Assembly (NCBI GenBank): GCA_950097015.1
Contig: CATNEN010000038.1
Span: 32,736,001-32,800,000, forward strand
Origin: Macrostomum hystrix
Lineage: Eukaryota; Animalia; Platyhelminthes
Reading direction: 5' to 3'
DNA: 64,000 bases
Shown: positions 13,600 through 27,700 of the stretch, one piece after another
Position numbering within the stretch: the stretch's first letter is position 1
Layout of the letters: every line of letters begins with the position of its first letter
Made by a program: the position numbers and the translations under genes
Notes under the pieces: model-generated
Seen by the model: only the letters and a program-made list of their open reading frames with translations
Database searches by the model: none
What the model was told of the DNA's origin: nothing

Positions 13600-14075
13600 T
13601 GGGTCGCTGAGATTTCTGGATTCTTATTGGGATTTGTGGATTCTAATTCTTGGGATTTTTGGATTCTAATCGTTGGGATATGTGGATTCTTGTTGGGATT
13701 TGTGAATTATTGTTAGAATTTGTAGATTCTTGTTTTGTTGATAATTCTTGGGATTTGTGGATTCTTGTTGGGATTTGTGAATTCTTGTTGGTATTTGTGG
13801 ATTCTTGTTGGTATTTGTCGATTCTAATTCTTGGGATTTGTGGCTTTTTTTAGGGATTTGAGAATTTTTATTGGGATTTGTGGATTATTCTTGGGATTTG
13901 TGGATTCTTGTTGGTATTGGTGGATTCTTGTTGGGATTTGTGGATTCTTATTGGGATTTCTGGATTCTTAATCTTGTTTTGATTTGTTGATAATTGTTGG
14001 GATTTGTGGATTCTTATTGGGATTTGTGGATTCTTGTTGGGATTTATGGATTCTTATTGTTGGGATTTCTGGATC
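13600..14075. repeat. about 20-bp degenerate minisatellite (TGGGATTTGTGGATTCTTGT)
   Basis: tandem units. Confidence 0.9.
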
Positions 14076-15074
14076 CTTCTCAGTATATTTTTGTCAGGTT
14101 TTAATTTTAGAATTATTGTGATTTACAGATTCTAGGATATTTGCGTTTTGGGATCTTGGGATTTTTTCGATTTTAGGGACTTGTTCATTCTTCTTAGGAA
14201 AGAAAAATTTTCGAGAATTTTCTGCTAAGAACCACGCTTTTAGAGAGTAAATTTTGTGGATTTGCAAGGCAGAAACGGGTAGTTTATATTTTACACGTGC
14301 AATAAAACGCATGGCAACGAAGAGCTTTTAACTCTGTACGCCCAAACCTTTTGCTGTTACGGCATATAAGTTTTCAATTATGATTGTTTCAATTCCATTA
14401 GATAGTTTAATCTGGCATTTTTAAGTTTTGTTTTATTTTTCTTCTGGTTATTTGCTTTTAGCGGGACGATTAGACTTTTGATTTATAATCCCATTATGTT
14501 TTTTTGTCGTCGCATTATTTGTCAGTAGTCTGTTACGGACGCCATTAAAGAATATTGTTCATTCTTTGAGCCAGAAAGAACTTAAGAGACTTCTTTAATT
14601 TATGGGTGCAATGAAGTGAATCACGCGCGCACACCACCCCATGATTTCAAACCGCGGCCCAGCATACCCCACTGGCGCACTCCCACCCCAAATTTGTCGA
14701 CCAATCGGATGGCCTGGAATCTCTAGCCCATAGCGAAAACGAAAATAGATAGGAGGGTGGGTTGGTGAAGGCAATTTAAAACAGCGGAACCACACAGCCC
14801 CAAACCCCAGTCAGGAGGCCAATATTTGCAATCGGAAACGCCTTTGTGTTGCATTGCAAACTTGGATTTGAAAACATCTCTCTGTTTTTAAGTTCATCGG
14901 TGCACTTTAAAACGCGTGATGTGATAAGAAGCGTCGTCTACATTTCAGACTTCATTTCTCATTAAACGCTGAGTGCAAAAAAGTAACAAGCATCACTAAA
15001 TCGTCATTACTTAAGCGAGGCAAAGCTCGTTTCGTCTTTTACTGATCGATTTTGTCCACCTGCAAAGCAGAAGC

Positions 15075-15792
15075 ATGCAGTCAAGTCAGCGTTCGAATGC
15101 GCATCCGCGGCCCGAGTCGCCGTCTATGCCGCCGATTAATCCGGAGGTGTCTTTTGGCCTCGGCGGCGGCAGCAACAGCAGCAGCCTGCCAGGCAGTGGA
15201 TCAACTCGGGCCACGACTAGTCCAAGAGGCCCGGGGGCGCAGGATTGGAGCAGTACACCCATGGGCGTGAGGGTTAGGTCTAGTTCGTCTGGGCGCGGAG
15301 GTCTCGGCGGCGGCGGCGGCGGCTTTGACAGTGGCTATCAAACCGAGTCACCGTCAGCGGGCGCTGCGTCGTCAGCGACAAGACCAATTCAATTTCATTC
15401 GGACCCGTACGAGCAGCAGCAGCAGCAGCAGCAGGAGCAGTTCCGTATGAGCATGGAGGATTTAAATCTGGGCCTGTCGCCGGCAAATCAAATGATGCAG
15501 CAGCAGGCGCCACCTGGCACGTTTCGTCCAGTTAGTCCCCAGCCCGCTAGGAATGCGAACGGGCCCAACTATTACTACAGCTATAACCATCACTATTATA
15601 ATAATCAGGCCGCTGGCCCTACGAGACCAACGACGTACGGTTACAGTTATCCGTTTCCCTATCGGCCACCCTCCGTGCCAATGGCCGACCTGCCGGACGA
15701 TGTAGAAGAAGGCGAAGCGATAGCTCAACAGAGCCTACTCACCGATCCGGACAGTGAGGTTGCCAATGTTGCTATGCGCAATCATGGGCATG
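15075..15792 (+). CDS. Candidate BH3-only gene, first coding exon A (S/G/Q/P/Y-rich disordered region with DSGYQT motif)
   Basis: ATG at 15075, open GC-rich frame, donor G|GTGAGT at 15792/15793, phase 1. Confidence 0.75.
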
Positions 15793-18700
15793 GTGAGTCA
15801 AGTTTTTTTTATAGTTTTTAAACTATTTATAGTTTTTAGTTTTTATGTCATAATTCGATCAAGCGAATAAAAGGGACTTCTAACTCTAAGGGTCAATTCT
15901 TAGAGCTTTAAAATATCATGTGATGCGCTTTGCCACCATTGGCACCAGGCGCGCACGCATTTATCGCGTGATCAGATTCAAGTGAAAATCTTCCAATCCA
16001 ACTTATCAAACTTTAGCAACCACTTATTACTTAAGAATAAAGTGCGGAGTATAATTTCAATCGAAAGCGAAAGAGATTCTGTCAATTTTGTATTAAAACT
16101 GTTTCACTGTTCACATGTGCCATTTAGACTCAATTTATTATACAGAATACAGATAGATATAACAAATAAGCACGTTTTTATTAAATAGGTGTCACGTGAT
16201 CCTTGTTGCTACAGCTTGTCAGGGGCTGGGGCAGCGGAAAGAATAGGCATTTGCAAAATTCTGTTAGTCTATGGCCTGTGTCACGTGCGGAAAAGTGCAT
16301 CGAAATGAATAACTACGTGAACTTTAGATAGCTAGCTATTTACTAAAGAACTCTGGAGGCTATAAAAAGTGAGTCACAAGTGCTTGCACCGAGTGACCCC
16401 AAGTTTGCAGATTTTTGTTGCTTAGCCCAATCAAGCAAGCAACTTGACTAGGCTAGCTGCCGCTTGACATAATAGAACTTTGTTCTTTGACAAAATAGAC
16501 ATCCAAGACTAAGTAGACTTTGTTTTAAGCGGTTTAGAGGATAAGAAATCTTTTCAGAAATAATACAAAATATGAATGTTATTAGAAACAAAACAGTATA
16601 TTCCAATGAAAGTTTTTTAAGCTTATGAAATGTATCATGTAGGCATATGCCAGCATTGTATTTAATTAATGTAAGTTTTGTTTAAATAGTGCCCGCACTT
16701 GGCATGTCAGGACAGCTAAATAGTGCCCGAACTGTTTTTTAACCTCGTGTCAGAATCTCCGTGCAAACTAACTCTAAATTTGGATATGATGTAATAAAGC
16801 CGCTTTCTTAATAATGTCTTCCAGCCAGTTATCTAAGCCAAAACTGTTATCAGTAGGTTGATAATTATATCCTAAATTCTCATGCCCTATTAATATTTAG
16901 GGGGGTTTGTAAGCTTATATCAAGTTTCAACAAATTAGTGTGTTTAGAGCTGGGGTTCGTGGGGCTTGCATTGGTATTTATTTTATTAACAGCGGGTAGG
17001 TGTCATACGAAGCGATGTCCACTCTGGACAGATCTAATGAATCATCTTAACTATAATCTGTTTAAACCATTGAACAGAGTGGTGGGAAACGGACACAAAA
17101 ATAGTTTCCATTCCCACGAAGCGCAAGTTTTCTTGCTAATCCTTGTTGTTTTCGCTTACTGTTTTGTCTGGGTCTTTGTTTTCTGTCACTGGCCGGTGCA
17201 TTGTCTGTTAGAAACAGTTTAAACGATCTTAAGCGTTCAACAAACACCTCTGCAGGACAGTAGGCAATAAATAACACATGTTTGCCCCTAGTTCGCCTAG
17301 GCCTAGGCTCTCTACTATTGCTATATGGATTAGCAGTTAATAAGATCAAGATTCAGAGGACCCTGTGTTCGTTAGCGTTAGTACTTTTTTCAATTCCTTT
17401 CTTTTGACGCTTTCGAAGCACAGGTCATTGTCAGTCAGTTGTGAAGTGCGATAAATACAGCCCTTGTTCTATTTTTAGAATCAGTTTTCTCAGTTGGGGC
17501 ACCCACCGCTTGTCGCCACCTGTCGACTATCGAGGGCCCTAGCTGACCCACCGCCCCAATTCCAGGCCCGCTGAAAAAAATAAAAAAACAACAGAAAACA
17601 CCGGGGCCGCTGAGACAGTCCTTCATTTTTTCGACCCAAGTTACGGGGTCAAATGCCTCGATCTTAAATAGACTTTCTTCCGTCTTAATAAATCTAGGCA
17701 TGGCAACATCTCATTGTCTAGACTCTTAGCTCATTGTTACGAGTAGCGAGCAACAACAATAGTCAAATAACATTAAATGCCCCTTCCTTCATCCCCCCCC
17801 CCAGTCGAGGGCCCTCCCGCTGTTATTTTTGACTGCCCCCATCCTAAACAGTTGGGCGGAGAGATGACTGGACAAGCCTGCTATTAGAAGCGGTAAAAAT
17901 TACGAATTATCTATTTTTATCCCTTTGAACATGCGATTTTTTCAGACCACCCACCCACCCCACCCCGTGACCCTGTGCGGTCAGAATTTGGACAGACTAG
18001 CCAGTCAGACCAATGCGGGACCATGGCAACGTGCGAGTGCCAACCCGCCCCACACACACCAACCTCCCCAGTTTTATTTTGCCGCGCCGCTCACACCTGG
18101 GTATATAAAATCAGGGTTTGAGAGTCCCATACCGCATATTGCTTTAAGATTTGCGTTATAAATCAGATTAGGTGAGAGTGAGACCAGTCAGATTATAATG
18201 CCGTCACAGCAAGAGCAGCAGCAGCAGCGGCAGCGACAGCAACAGCTACACGAGCCGGTAACCTTCGGGCTAGAGTCCGACAACGAGGAAGATGAAGTGT
18301 TTTACAGTGACGCATCAACTTTTGCTGCTGCTGCTGTTGCCGCGGACACTGACTCAGTAGCTGATGAAATACAGGCTTTGCGAAATCGCCGACTTCGTGA
18401 GTAAAGAAAAACATATTTTTCTCCATGGTCACGCCCTAATGAGAACATAGGAACATGTATGGCGTTTTTTTAAATGTTCACTCGTGAGTCATGAGCACTT
18501 CTGGGTCTTACACTTGACCACTCTCTGTCCCACACCTGACCAATCCTTGTCCCACACCTGACCAATCTCTGTCCCACACCTGACCAATCTCTGTCCCACA
18601 CCTGACCAATCCTTGTCCCACACCTGACCAATCCTTGTCCCACACCTGACCAATCTCTGTCCCACACCTGACCAATCTCTGTCCCAATCCTGACCAAGCC

Positions 18701-21700
18701 TTGTCCCACACCTGACCAATCCTTGTCCCACACCTGACCAATCTCTGTCCCACACCTGACCACTCTCTGTCACACACCTGGCCAATCCTTGTCCCACACC
18801 TGACCACTCTCTGTCCCACACCTGACCACTCTCTGTCCCACACCTGACCAATCCTTGTCCCACACCTGACCAATCCTTGTCCCACACCTGACCAATCTCT
18901 GTCCCACACCTGACCACTCTCTGTCCCACACCTGACCAATCATTGTCCCACACCTGACCAATCTCTGTCCCACACCTGACCAATCTCTGTCCCACACCTG
19001 ACCAATTTTTTTAATGGTCACTCGTGAGTCATGAGCACTTCTGGGTCTTACACTTGACCACTCTTTGTCCCACACCTGACCAATCCTTGTCCCACACCTG
19101 ACCAATCTCTGTCCCACACCTGACCAATCTCTGTCCCACACCTGACCAATTTTTTTAATGGTCACTCGTGAGTCATGAGCACTTCTGGGTCTTACACTTG
19201 ACCACTCTTTGTCCCACACCTGACCAATCCTTGTCCCACACCTGACCAATCTCTGTCCCACACCTGACCAATCTCTGTCCCACACCTGACCAATCTCTGT
19301 CCCACACCTGACCAATTTTTTTAATGGTCACTCGTGAGTCATGAGCACTTCTGGGTCTTACACTTGACCACTCTCTGTCCCACACCTGACCAATCCTTGT
19401 CCCACACCTGACCAATCTCTGTCCCACACCTGACCAATCTCTGTCCCACACCTGACCACTCTGTCCCACACCTGACCAATCTCTGTCCCACACCTGACCA
19501 ATCTCTGTCACACACCTGACCAATCTCTGTCACACACCTGACCAATCTCTGTCACACACCTGGCCACTCTGTCCCACACCTGACCAATCTCTATCACACA
19601 CCTGACCACTCTGTCCCACACCTGACCAATCTCTGTCACACACCTGACCAATCTGTCCCACACCTGACCAATCTCTGTCCCACACCTGACCAATCTCTGT
19701 CACACACCTGACCAATCTCTGTCACACACCTGACCAATCTCTGTCACACACCTGGCCACTCACTCCTGAAACAAACGTGCATTTAATTATGCGTCGAAAT
19801 TACAAGCTGGCAGTTAAATGTGAATATTCTAGTTTATATTAGGAATCGTCATAACCAATTGCAGTGAAGCACTTGTCAATCCAATTTATTTTTGTTAGAA
19901 TTATAAAACTTTTTCCTGTACCGATTTCTGAATATGGCTTCCATTTTCGTTTTGTTTATTTATCTTAGGAAGGAATTTATTTCGTGTAAGAAATGCCGGC
20001 TTTGTTAAAATTTACTAGCCAGTGGGTGTCGTATTTTCTGGATTTATTTTAATTCCAAACCTACCCGCCAAGACAGCCTGAAGTGTTATTTCTGATAAAA
20101 TCTCCTTTCTCAAGTAATTGGCTTGCTTCTTTGTGCATGTGTGGGTTTTTTGGGGGACATCACGCTACACGCAGAGAGGGATAATTGTCTTATGTCCTAT
20201 GTTGCACGTTCAAGATGTTATTGGTTGTGTAATTATAGCCACTTTAGATAAGACTGTTATACCATTGTCAATCAATTTTGCTATTAGATGCGGCCCTTGA
20301 AGAATGCACCCCATTAGCGTCAAGTTTGACCTCAAATGTCTTTGAAATAGCGTTCAGAGATTTATTTTGAATCCATCAGGCATCAGGCATCATTTCTAGG
20401 CATCAGATCTCATTGTCTAAAGACTCTGCGAATCCTATTGTCCGAGGACTCAGAGAATCTTGTTTGTCCGAGGACTCAGGGAATCTTGTTTATCCAAGGA
20501 CTCTAGAAATATTGTTTGTCCGAGGACTCAGGGAGTCTTGTTTATCCAAGGACTCTAGAAATATTGTTTGTCCGAGGACTCAGGGAATCTTGTTTGTCCG
20601 AGGACTCAGGGAGTCTTGTTTATCCAAGGACTCTAGAAATATTGTTTGTCCGAGGACTCAGGGAGTCTTGTTTATCCAAGGACTCTAGAAATATTGTTTG
20701 TCCGAGGACTCAGGGAATCTTGTTTATCCAAGGACTCTAGAAATATTGTTTGTCCGAGGACTCAGGGAATCTTGTTTATCCAAGGACTCTAGAAATATTG
20801 TTTGTCCGAGGACTCAGGGAATCTTGTTTGTCTGAGGACTCAGGGAATCTTGTTTGTCTGAGGACTCAGGGAATCTTGTTTGTCCGAGGACTCAGGGAAT
20901 CTTGTTTGTCCGAGGACTCAGGGAATCTTGTTTGTCCGAGGACTCAGGGAATCTTGTTTGTCCGAGGACTCAGGGAATCTTGTTTATCCAAGGACTCTAG
21001 AAATATTGTTTGTCCGAGGACTCAGGGAATCTTGTTTGTCCGAGGACTCAGGGGATCTTGTTTGTCTGAGGAATCTGGAAATCTTGTTTATCCAAGGACT
21101 CTAGAAATCTTGTTTGGTTGAGGACTCAGGGAATCCCATTTGTCTGAGGACTCAGGGAATCCCATTTGTCTGAGGACTCAAGGAATCCCATTTGTCTGAG
21201 GACTCAGGGATTCCCATTTGTCTGAGGACTCTGGGAATCCCATTTGTCTGAGGACTCAGGGATTCCCATTTGTCTGAGGATTCAGGGAATCCCATGTCTG
21301 AGGATTCAGGGAATCCCATTTGTCTGAGGATTCTGGGAATCCGATTCCCATTTGTCTGAGGATTCAGGGAACCCCGTTAGTCTGAGGACTCAGGGAATCC
21401 CATGTCTGAGGACTCGGGGAAGCTCATTTTTTAGGACTAGTGAAATCCCAATTGTCCCACTTAACAGTTGAAATCCCAGGTCACCAATTAAAGGTCCAGA
21501 GTTGCAAAGTGTTCAACTAAAATAGTTATTCAAATATAACTAATGGTGCGAATGCACTTGAAAACTAGTACTAGAAGTTGTAAATTGAAAAACGCGACTA
21601 AATGCACGTGTCTAGACGGCACTTACAAGAGCCCAGCTATATTTATAATCATATAGAAGTGTCGCTTTGTCGGGTCATTTTAGTTTAACTGTACGAGTTA

Positions 21701-24700
21701 AACAGTACGGGTGCTAGGCAGCTGTATATACTTGTCTGACTGTTGTGAAGTAAGGTTATTGTGTATATATAGCCACTCAGTCGAGTATGAAAAAGAAGTT
21801 TTTTTAGAAATTTCCACAGAGCAAATACTCTATACTCTATAGTTCAACAGGCAGAGAGTTATGTTTGAACTATGTACTGTGCTCGCGGTGTCAATGACTC
21901 ACGCTGTATATTTAGCATGACTGCTGTATGCCCGCTGTGAGCATTGCGTGCAGCTTACCCAATTTGGCTTGTCATTTGTCTCGCTTCTAATTTGCTTAGA
22001 ATTCGTACAATTAAATTAGAGATGTGACGGAAAGCCTCGAGATTTAGGATATTTAGAACTTGGGGAGACTTTAATATTTGGGATGTTTTAAACTTGGGAA
22101 AGCCTCGAGATTTGGGATATTGTGAACTTGGGAAAGCCTCGAGATTTGGGATATTTTAAACTTGGGAAAGCCTCGAGATTTGGGATATTTTAAACTTGGG
22201 AAAGCCTCGAGATTTGGGATATTTAGAACTTGGGTTTAATATTTGGGATGTTTTAAACTTGGGAAAGCCTCGAGATTTGGGATATTTTAAACTTGGGAAA
22301 GCCTCGAGATTTGGGATATTGTTGACTTGGGAAAGCCTCGAGATTTAGGATATTCAAAACTTGGGAAAGCCTCGAGATTTGGGATATTTTAAACTTGAGA
22401 AAGCCTCGAGATTTGGGATATTTTAAACTTGGGAAAGTCTCGAGATTTGGGATATTGTTGACTTGGGAAAGCCTCGAGATTTAGGATATTCAAAACTTGG
22501 GAAAGCCTCGAGATTTGGGATATTTTAAACTTGAGAAAGCCTCGAGATTTGGGATATTTTAAACTTGGGAAAGCCTCGAGATTTGGGATATTTTTGACTT
22601 GGGAAAGCCTCGAGATTCGGGATATTCAAAACTTGGCAAAGCCTCGAGATTTAGGATATTCAAAACTTGGGAAAGCCTCGAGATTTGGTATATTCAAAAC
22701 TTGAGATAGCCTCGAGATTTGGGATATTGTGAACTTGGGAAAGCCTCGAGATTTAGGATATTCAAAACTTGGGAAAGCCTCGAGATTTGGGATATTTTAA
22801 ACTTGGGAAAGCCTCGAGATTTGGGATATTGTGAACTTGGGAAAGCCTCGAGATTTGGGATATTGTGAACTTGGGAAAGCCTCGAGATTTGGGATATTTT
22901 AAACTTGGGAAAGCCTCGAGATTTGGGATATTGTGAACTTGGGAAAGCCTCGAGATTTGGGATATTTTAAACTTGAGAAAGCCTCGAAATTTGGGATATT
23001 TTAAACTTTTGAAAGCCTCGAGATTTGGGATATTGTGAACTTGGGAAAGCCTCGAGATTTGAGATATTTTAAACTTGGGAAAGCCTCGAGATTTGGGATA
23101 TTGTTGACTTGGGAAAGCCTCGAGATTTGAGATATTTTAAACTTGGGAAAGCCTCGAGATTTGGGATATTGTTGACTTGGGAAAGCCTCGAGATTTGGGA
23201 TATTGTGAACTTGGGAAAGCCTCGAGATTTAGGATATTCAAAATTTGGGAAAGCCCCGAGATTTGGGATATTTTAAACTTGAGAAAACCTCGAGATTTGG
23301 GATATTGTGAACTTGGGAAAGCCTCGAGATTTGGGATATTTTAAACTTGGGAAAGCCTCAAGATTCGGGATATTTTTAACTTGAATAGAAACTTTGAGTT
23401 GTTTGAAAAAATGTTAAATAAGGGAATCGTTAAGTTTAAAAAAAATTGGGAATGGTTAAATAAGGGATTTAAAACTGAAATATTAATCTTTAAATTTCAA
23501 GATATTTTTAACGAGGGAAAATCAAGCTTAACGATTTTGAAATGTGCGAATTACAAGTAGTTAAAAGTGTCTAAAGTTCAAATTGACTTAACTTTGTTAA
23601 AATAAATCAACAAAAAAGACATTTTTTACCTGAAAATAGTTTTCAACGTGCCAATTTTTTTTTTATTTTTAACTCGTGAGGTACTTGACCACGTGAGGTG
23701 AGCAAATTATTTGACACAAACGCGAACAATGCCTGCTTATTAGGTGACCTTGCCGAAAAAATGCAAAAATTTATACAATACGAAAACACGTAATTTCGAC
23801 ATTGTCAAACAAAAATGTGTGTCTCCAGGAAAGTGGCTTTGGGTCATTAAATCTTTTGCACGTTGCTTTCAAAGCTATGCTATAATATTTGAAATTGCTC
23901 GAGTTTTTCAACTACTGAAAAACAAGACTGACTGCTAACAAACAAGCGTTAGCGGTTGTTCTAGTGGATACAAGTGGGATGACAAATTACATCGATCACA
24001 GATCGCAGTAGATGAGATCTGAAAGCTTAGTGGATGGGGTCTGGAATCCTAGTAGATGGGGTCTGGAATCCCAGTAGATGGGGTCTGGAATCCCAGTAGA
24101 TGGGGTCTGGAATCCTAGTAGATGGGGTCTGGAATCCTAGTAGATGGGGTCTGGAATCCCAGTAGATGGGATCTGGAATCCCAGTAGATGGGATCTGGAA
24201 TCCCAGTAGATGGGATCTGGAATCCCAGTAGATGGTAGATGGGATCTGGAATGCCAGTAGATGGGATCTGGAATCCCAGTAGATGGGATCTGGAATCCCA
24301 GTAGATGGTAGATGGGATCTGGAATCCTAGTAGATGGGATCTGGAATCCCAGTAGATGGGATCTGGAATCCCAGTAGATGGGATCTGGAATCCTAGTAGA
24401 TGGGATCTGGAATCCTAGTAGATGGGGTCTGGAATCCCAGTAGATGGGGTCTGGAATCCCAGTAGATAGGATCTGTTATCTGGAATCCCAGTAGATGGGA
24501 TCTGGAATCCCAGTAGATAGGATCTGTTATCTGGAATCCCAGTAGATGGGATCTGAAATCCCAGTAGATAGGATCTGGTCATCTGGAATCCTAGTAGATG
24601 GGATCTGGAATCCCAGTAGATGGGATCTGGAATCCCAGTAGATGGGATCTGGAATCCCAGTAGATAGGATCTGTTATCTGGAATCCTAGTAGATGGGATC

Positions 24701-27700
24701 TGGAATCCCAGTAGATAGGATCTGTTATCTGGAATCCCAATAGATGGGATCTGGAATCCCAGTTGATGGGATCTGACATCCTATGCGATAGAATCTAGAA
24801 TGCTAATGGATGAAATTTGGATTCTAACAAAGAAAAGCACATTTGGTTAGGCCACAACTTTAACTAGATGTACTGTACCTGTAGGTAATCAAGAATCCCA
24901 TTTTTTCCATCTCGCCTTTCAGTCCAGGGTCGCCATCAGCAGGAGCCGCTGCCTGATCTAGTCATGGAGACGACCATCGTTGACGTTCGCTTCCGCAGCC
25001 GCTCCGTCCCGGTGATGCCAGACGAAGCCCTGGAGCTGATGCGGCAACGTGGACGCCCGGAGGATGGCGTCGAGCTCGTTGCTATGGGGCTGAGACGCAT
25101 CGGAGACGCCATTGCCAATAGTCGGCCAGTGCGGAGCGAGATCTTTGTTGTGAGTTTTGTCACTCTTTCACAATGTCACTCTACTCACTCACTCACTCAC
25201 AATGAGCTCTATTCCCAGCTTAAGATCTTTCATTTATCTTCCTATTCCTATCTTCCTATATTCCTATCTTCCTATCTGCAATGCACTGATTTTGCACTCT
25301 GCGTCATACAGTTGGTGATCTATGCCGCATGAAATGGAATGAATAAAAAAATCCACCGCGGAACAATAGACAGCTGATTCTGTATTGGCGAATCGCAGCG
25401 CTACCTTTAAGGCCGGATTTAAAGGCTTGGGAGAGGGGAAGAAAACGTCACGTGACGACACACTAAAAAATAAAGTAGTTATTTTATTTTTGGTTTCCGT
25501 GGATTCCTCCCTATATGTTCTCTTAGTGATTGCAGAAGCAATAAAGTGGTTCAGTGTTTCAATAGTATCACTATCTCGCTGACAAGTAAGGATTCTAAAA
25601 ATCCTATAGAGTCAAATCACGAGCATCCGATATGTAGTGAAAAACTTGTATCAAAATAATGTTAGCTTATTCCGTTTTTGCCAGCTGAATACCGGAAATA
25701 AGGCAATGATTTGTTTAAACCTGAACTAGTTTAAGAAGGATCTCAATTTAAAATTGCATGCCGAAGATTTCCTAGTCTAGATCTAGAAGTCCATTAGCAC
25801 CTTGAGATTTTCTTATCTAGATCTAGAAGTCCATTAACACCTTTAGATTTTCTTATCTAGATCTAGAAGTCCATTAACACCTTTAGATTTTCAAGTCTAG
25901 ATCTAGAAGTCCATTAACACATTTAGTTTTTCAAGTCTAGATCTAGAAGTCCATTAGCACCTTGAGATTTTCTTGTCTAAATCTAGAAGTCCATTAGCAC
26001 CTTGAGATTTTCAAGTCTAGATCTAGAAGTCTATTAGCACCTTGAGATTTTCTTGTCTAAATCTAGAAGTCCATTAGCACCTTGAGATTTTCAAGTCTAG
26101 ATCTAGAAGTCCATTAGCACCTTGAGATTTTCTTGTCTAGATCTAGAAGTTCATTAGCACCTTGAGATTTTCTTATCTAGATCTAGAAGTCCATTAACAC
26201 CTTTAGATTTTCAAGTCCGGATCTAAAAGTCCATTAACACCTTTAGATTTTCAAGTCTAGATCTAGAAGTCCATTAACACCTTTAGTTTTTCAAGTCTAG
26301 ATCTAGAAGTCCATTAACACCTTGAGATTTTCTTGTCTAAATCTAGAAGTCCATTAGCACCTTGAGATTTTCAAGTCTAGATCTAGAAGTCCATTAGCAC
26401 CTTGAGATTTTCAAGTCTAGATCTAGAAGTCCATTGTCAACTATTTGATGGTCTAAATTCAGAAATTCCTTAATTGGTTGAAACGTAAATTTCTATATTT
26501 TTTCAAACGTTTCTACATTGCGGAGGAGGATGGGTGGACAGCTTGGGGGTCCAGGGTTCAATCGGTGCGAACCTCATCCAGTATTTGTCCTCCAATTGTC
26601 CGTAGCATTAGCTAGAGAGTAGTGGATCTCCTATTGGCCAGCTATCATTGGCTGTTGTTCAAAGCGCGTGTTTTCGGGGTCAGCTGACTTGGAGTTGCTA
26701 GCTTCTTACTATACCATAGTTTCCTCATAGCACTTACTATTAACTACTAATTCCGTAATTATATAAAGTTGTTTGAATCTATTGGACAGGACTCATTACA
26801 TAAAAGGTATATTCTATTTGTGTAAATATGATATACTATTTGGCGCCTGAGTCATAACAGAATACGATCTAAATGTGCACTCCCCTTTATGAGCCTATTA
26901 CCTCATTTATTTATTTATACTGACGTAGAATAATATTTACTGTTTTCTAATACCTTTTTTGTTACCAATTCAATTCAATGTTTAACAAGCTCTATTCTGT
27001 GTTTATCCTGAACTATGCAATACCACTCGATTAGGAACCATAACAATGTCCCTCTTTCTCACTCACTATCTACCTCTTAATTTCCCTCTTAATCTCCCTC
27101 TCTACCGCTTAATCTCCCTCTCAATCTCCCTTTCAATCTCCCTGTCAATCTCCCTCTCAATCTCCCTGTCAATCTCACTGTCAATCTCCCTCTCAATCTC
27201 CCTGTCAATCTCCCTCTCAATCTCCCTGTCAATCTCCATGTCAATCTCCCTCTCAATTGTCTCTCAATCTCCCTGTCAATCTCCCACTCTCCCTCTCAAT
27301 CTCCATCTCAATCTCCCTGTCAATCTCCCACTCTCCCTCTCAATCTCCATCTCAATCTCCCTGTCAATCTCCCTCTCAATCTCCCTGTCAATCTCCCACT
27401 CTCCCTCTCAATCTCCATCTCAATCTCCCTGTCAATCTCCCTCTCAATCTCCCTCTCAATCTCCCTGTCAATCTCCCTCTCAATCTCCCTCTCAATCTCC
27501 CTCTCAATCTCCCTCTCAATCTCCCTCTCAATATCCCTCTCAATCTCCCTGTCAATCTGCCTCTCAATCTGTCTCTCAATCTCCCTCTCAATCTCCCACT
27601 CTCCCTCTCAATCTCCATCTCAATCTCCCTGTCAATCTGCCTCTCAATCTGTCTCTCAATCTCCCTCTCAATCTCCCACTCTCCCTCTCAATCTCCATCT

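Noticed and set aside
17870-17879. p53 half-site GGACAAGCCT upstream of exon B
   Set aside because: Only one decamer with no adjacent second half-site; expected by chance.
18470-21121. ORFs with GQVWDRDWSGV and VRGLRESCLS repeats
   Set aside because: Frame-cycling translations of 22-bp and 26-bp tandem repeats; no unique coding content.
18468-26435. CRISPR-like appearance of regularly spaced, partly palindromic repeats
   Set aside because: Units are directly tandem with no unique spacers, there are no cas genes, and the context is eukaryotic introns.
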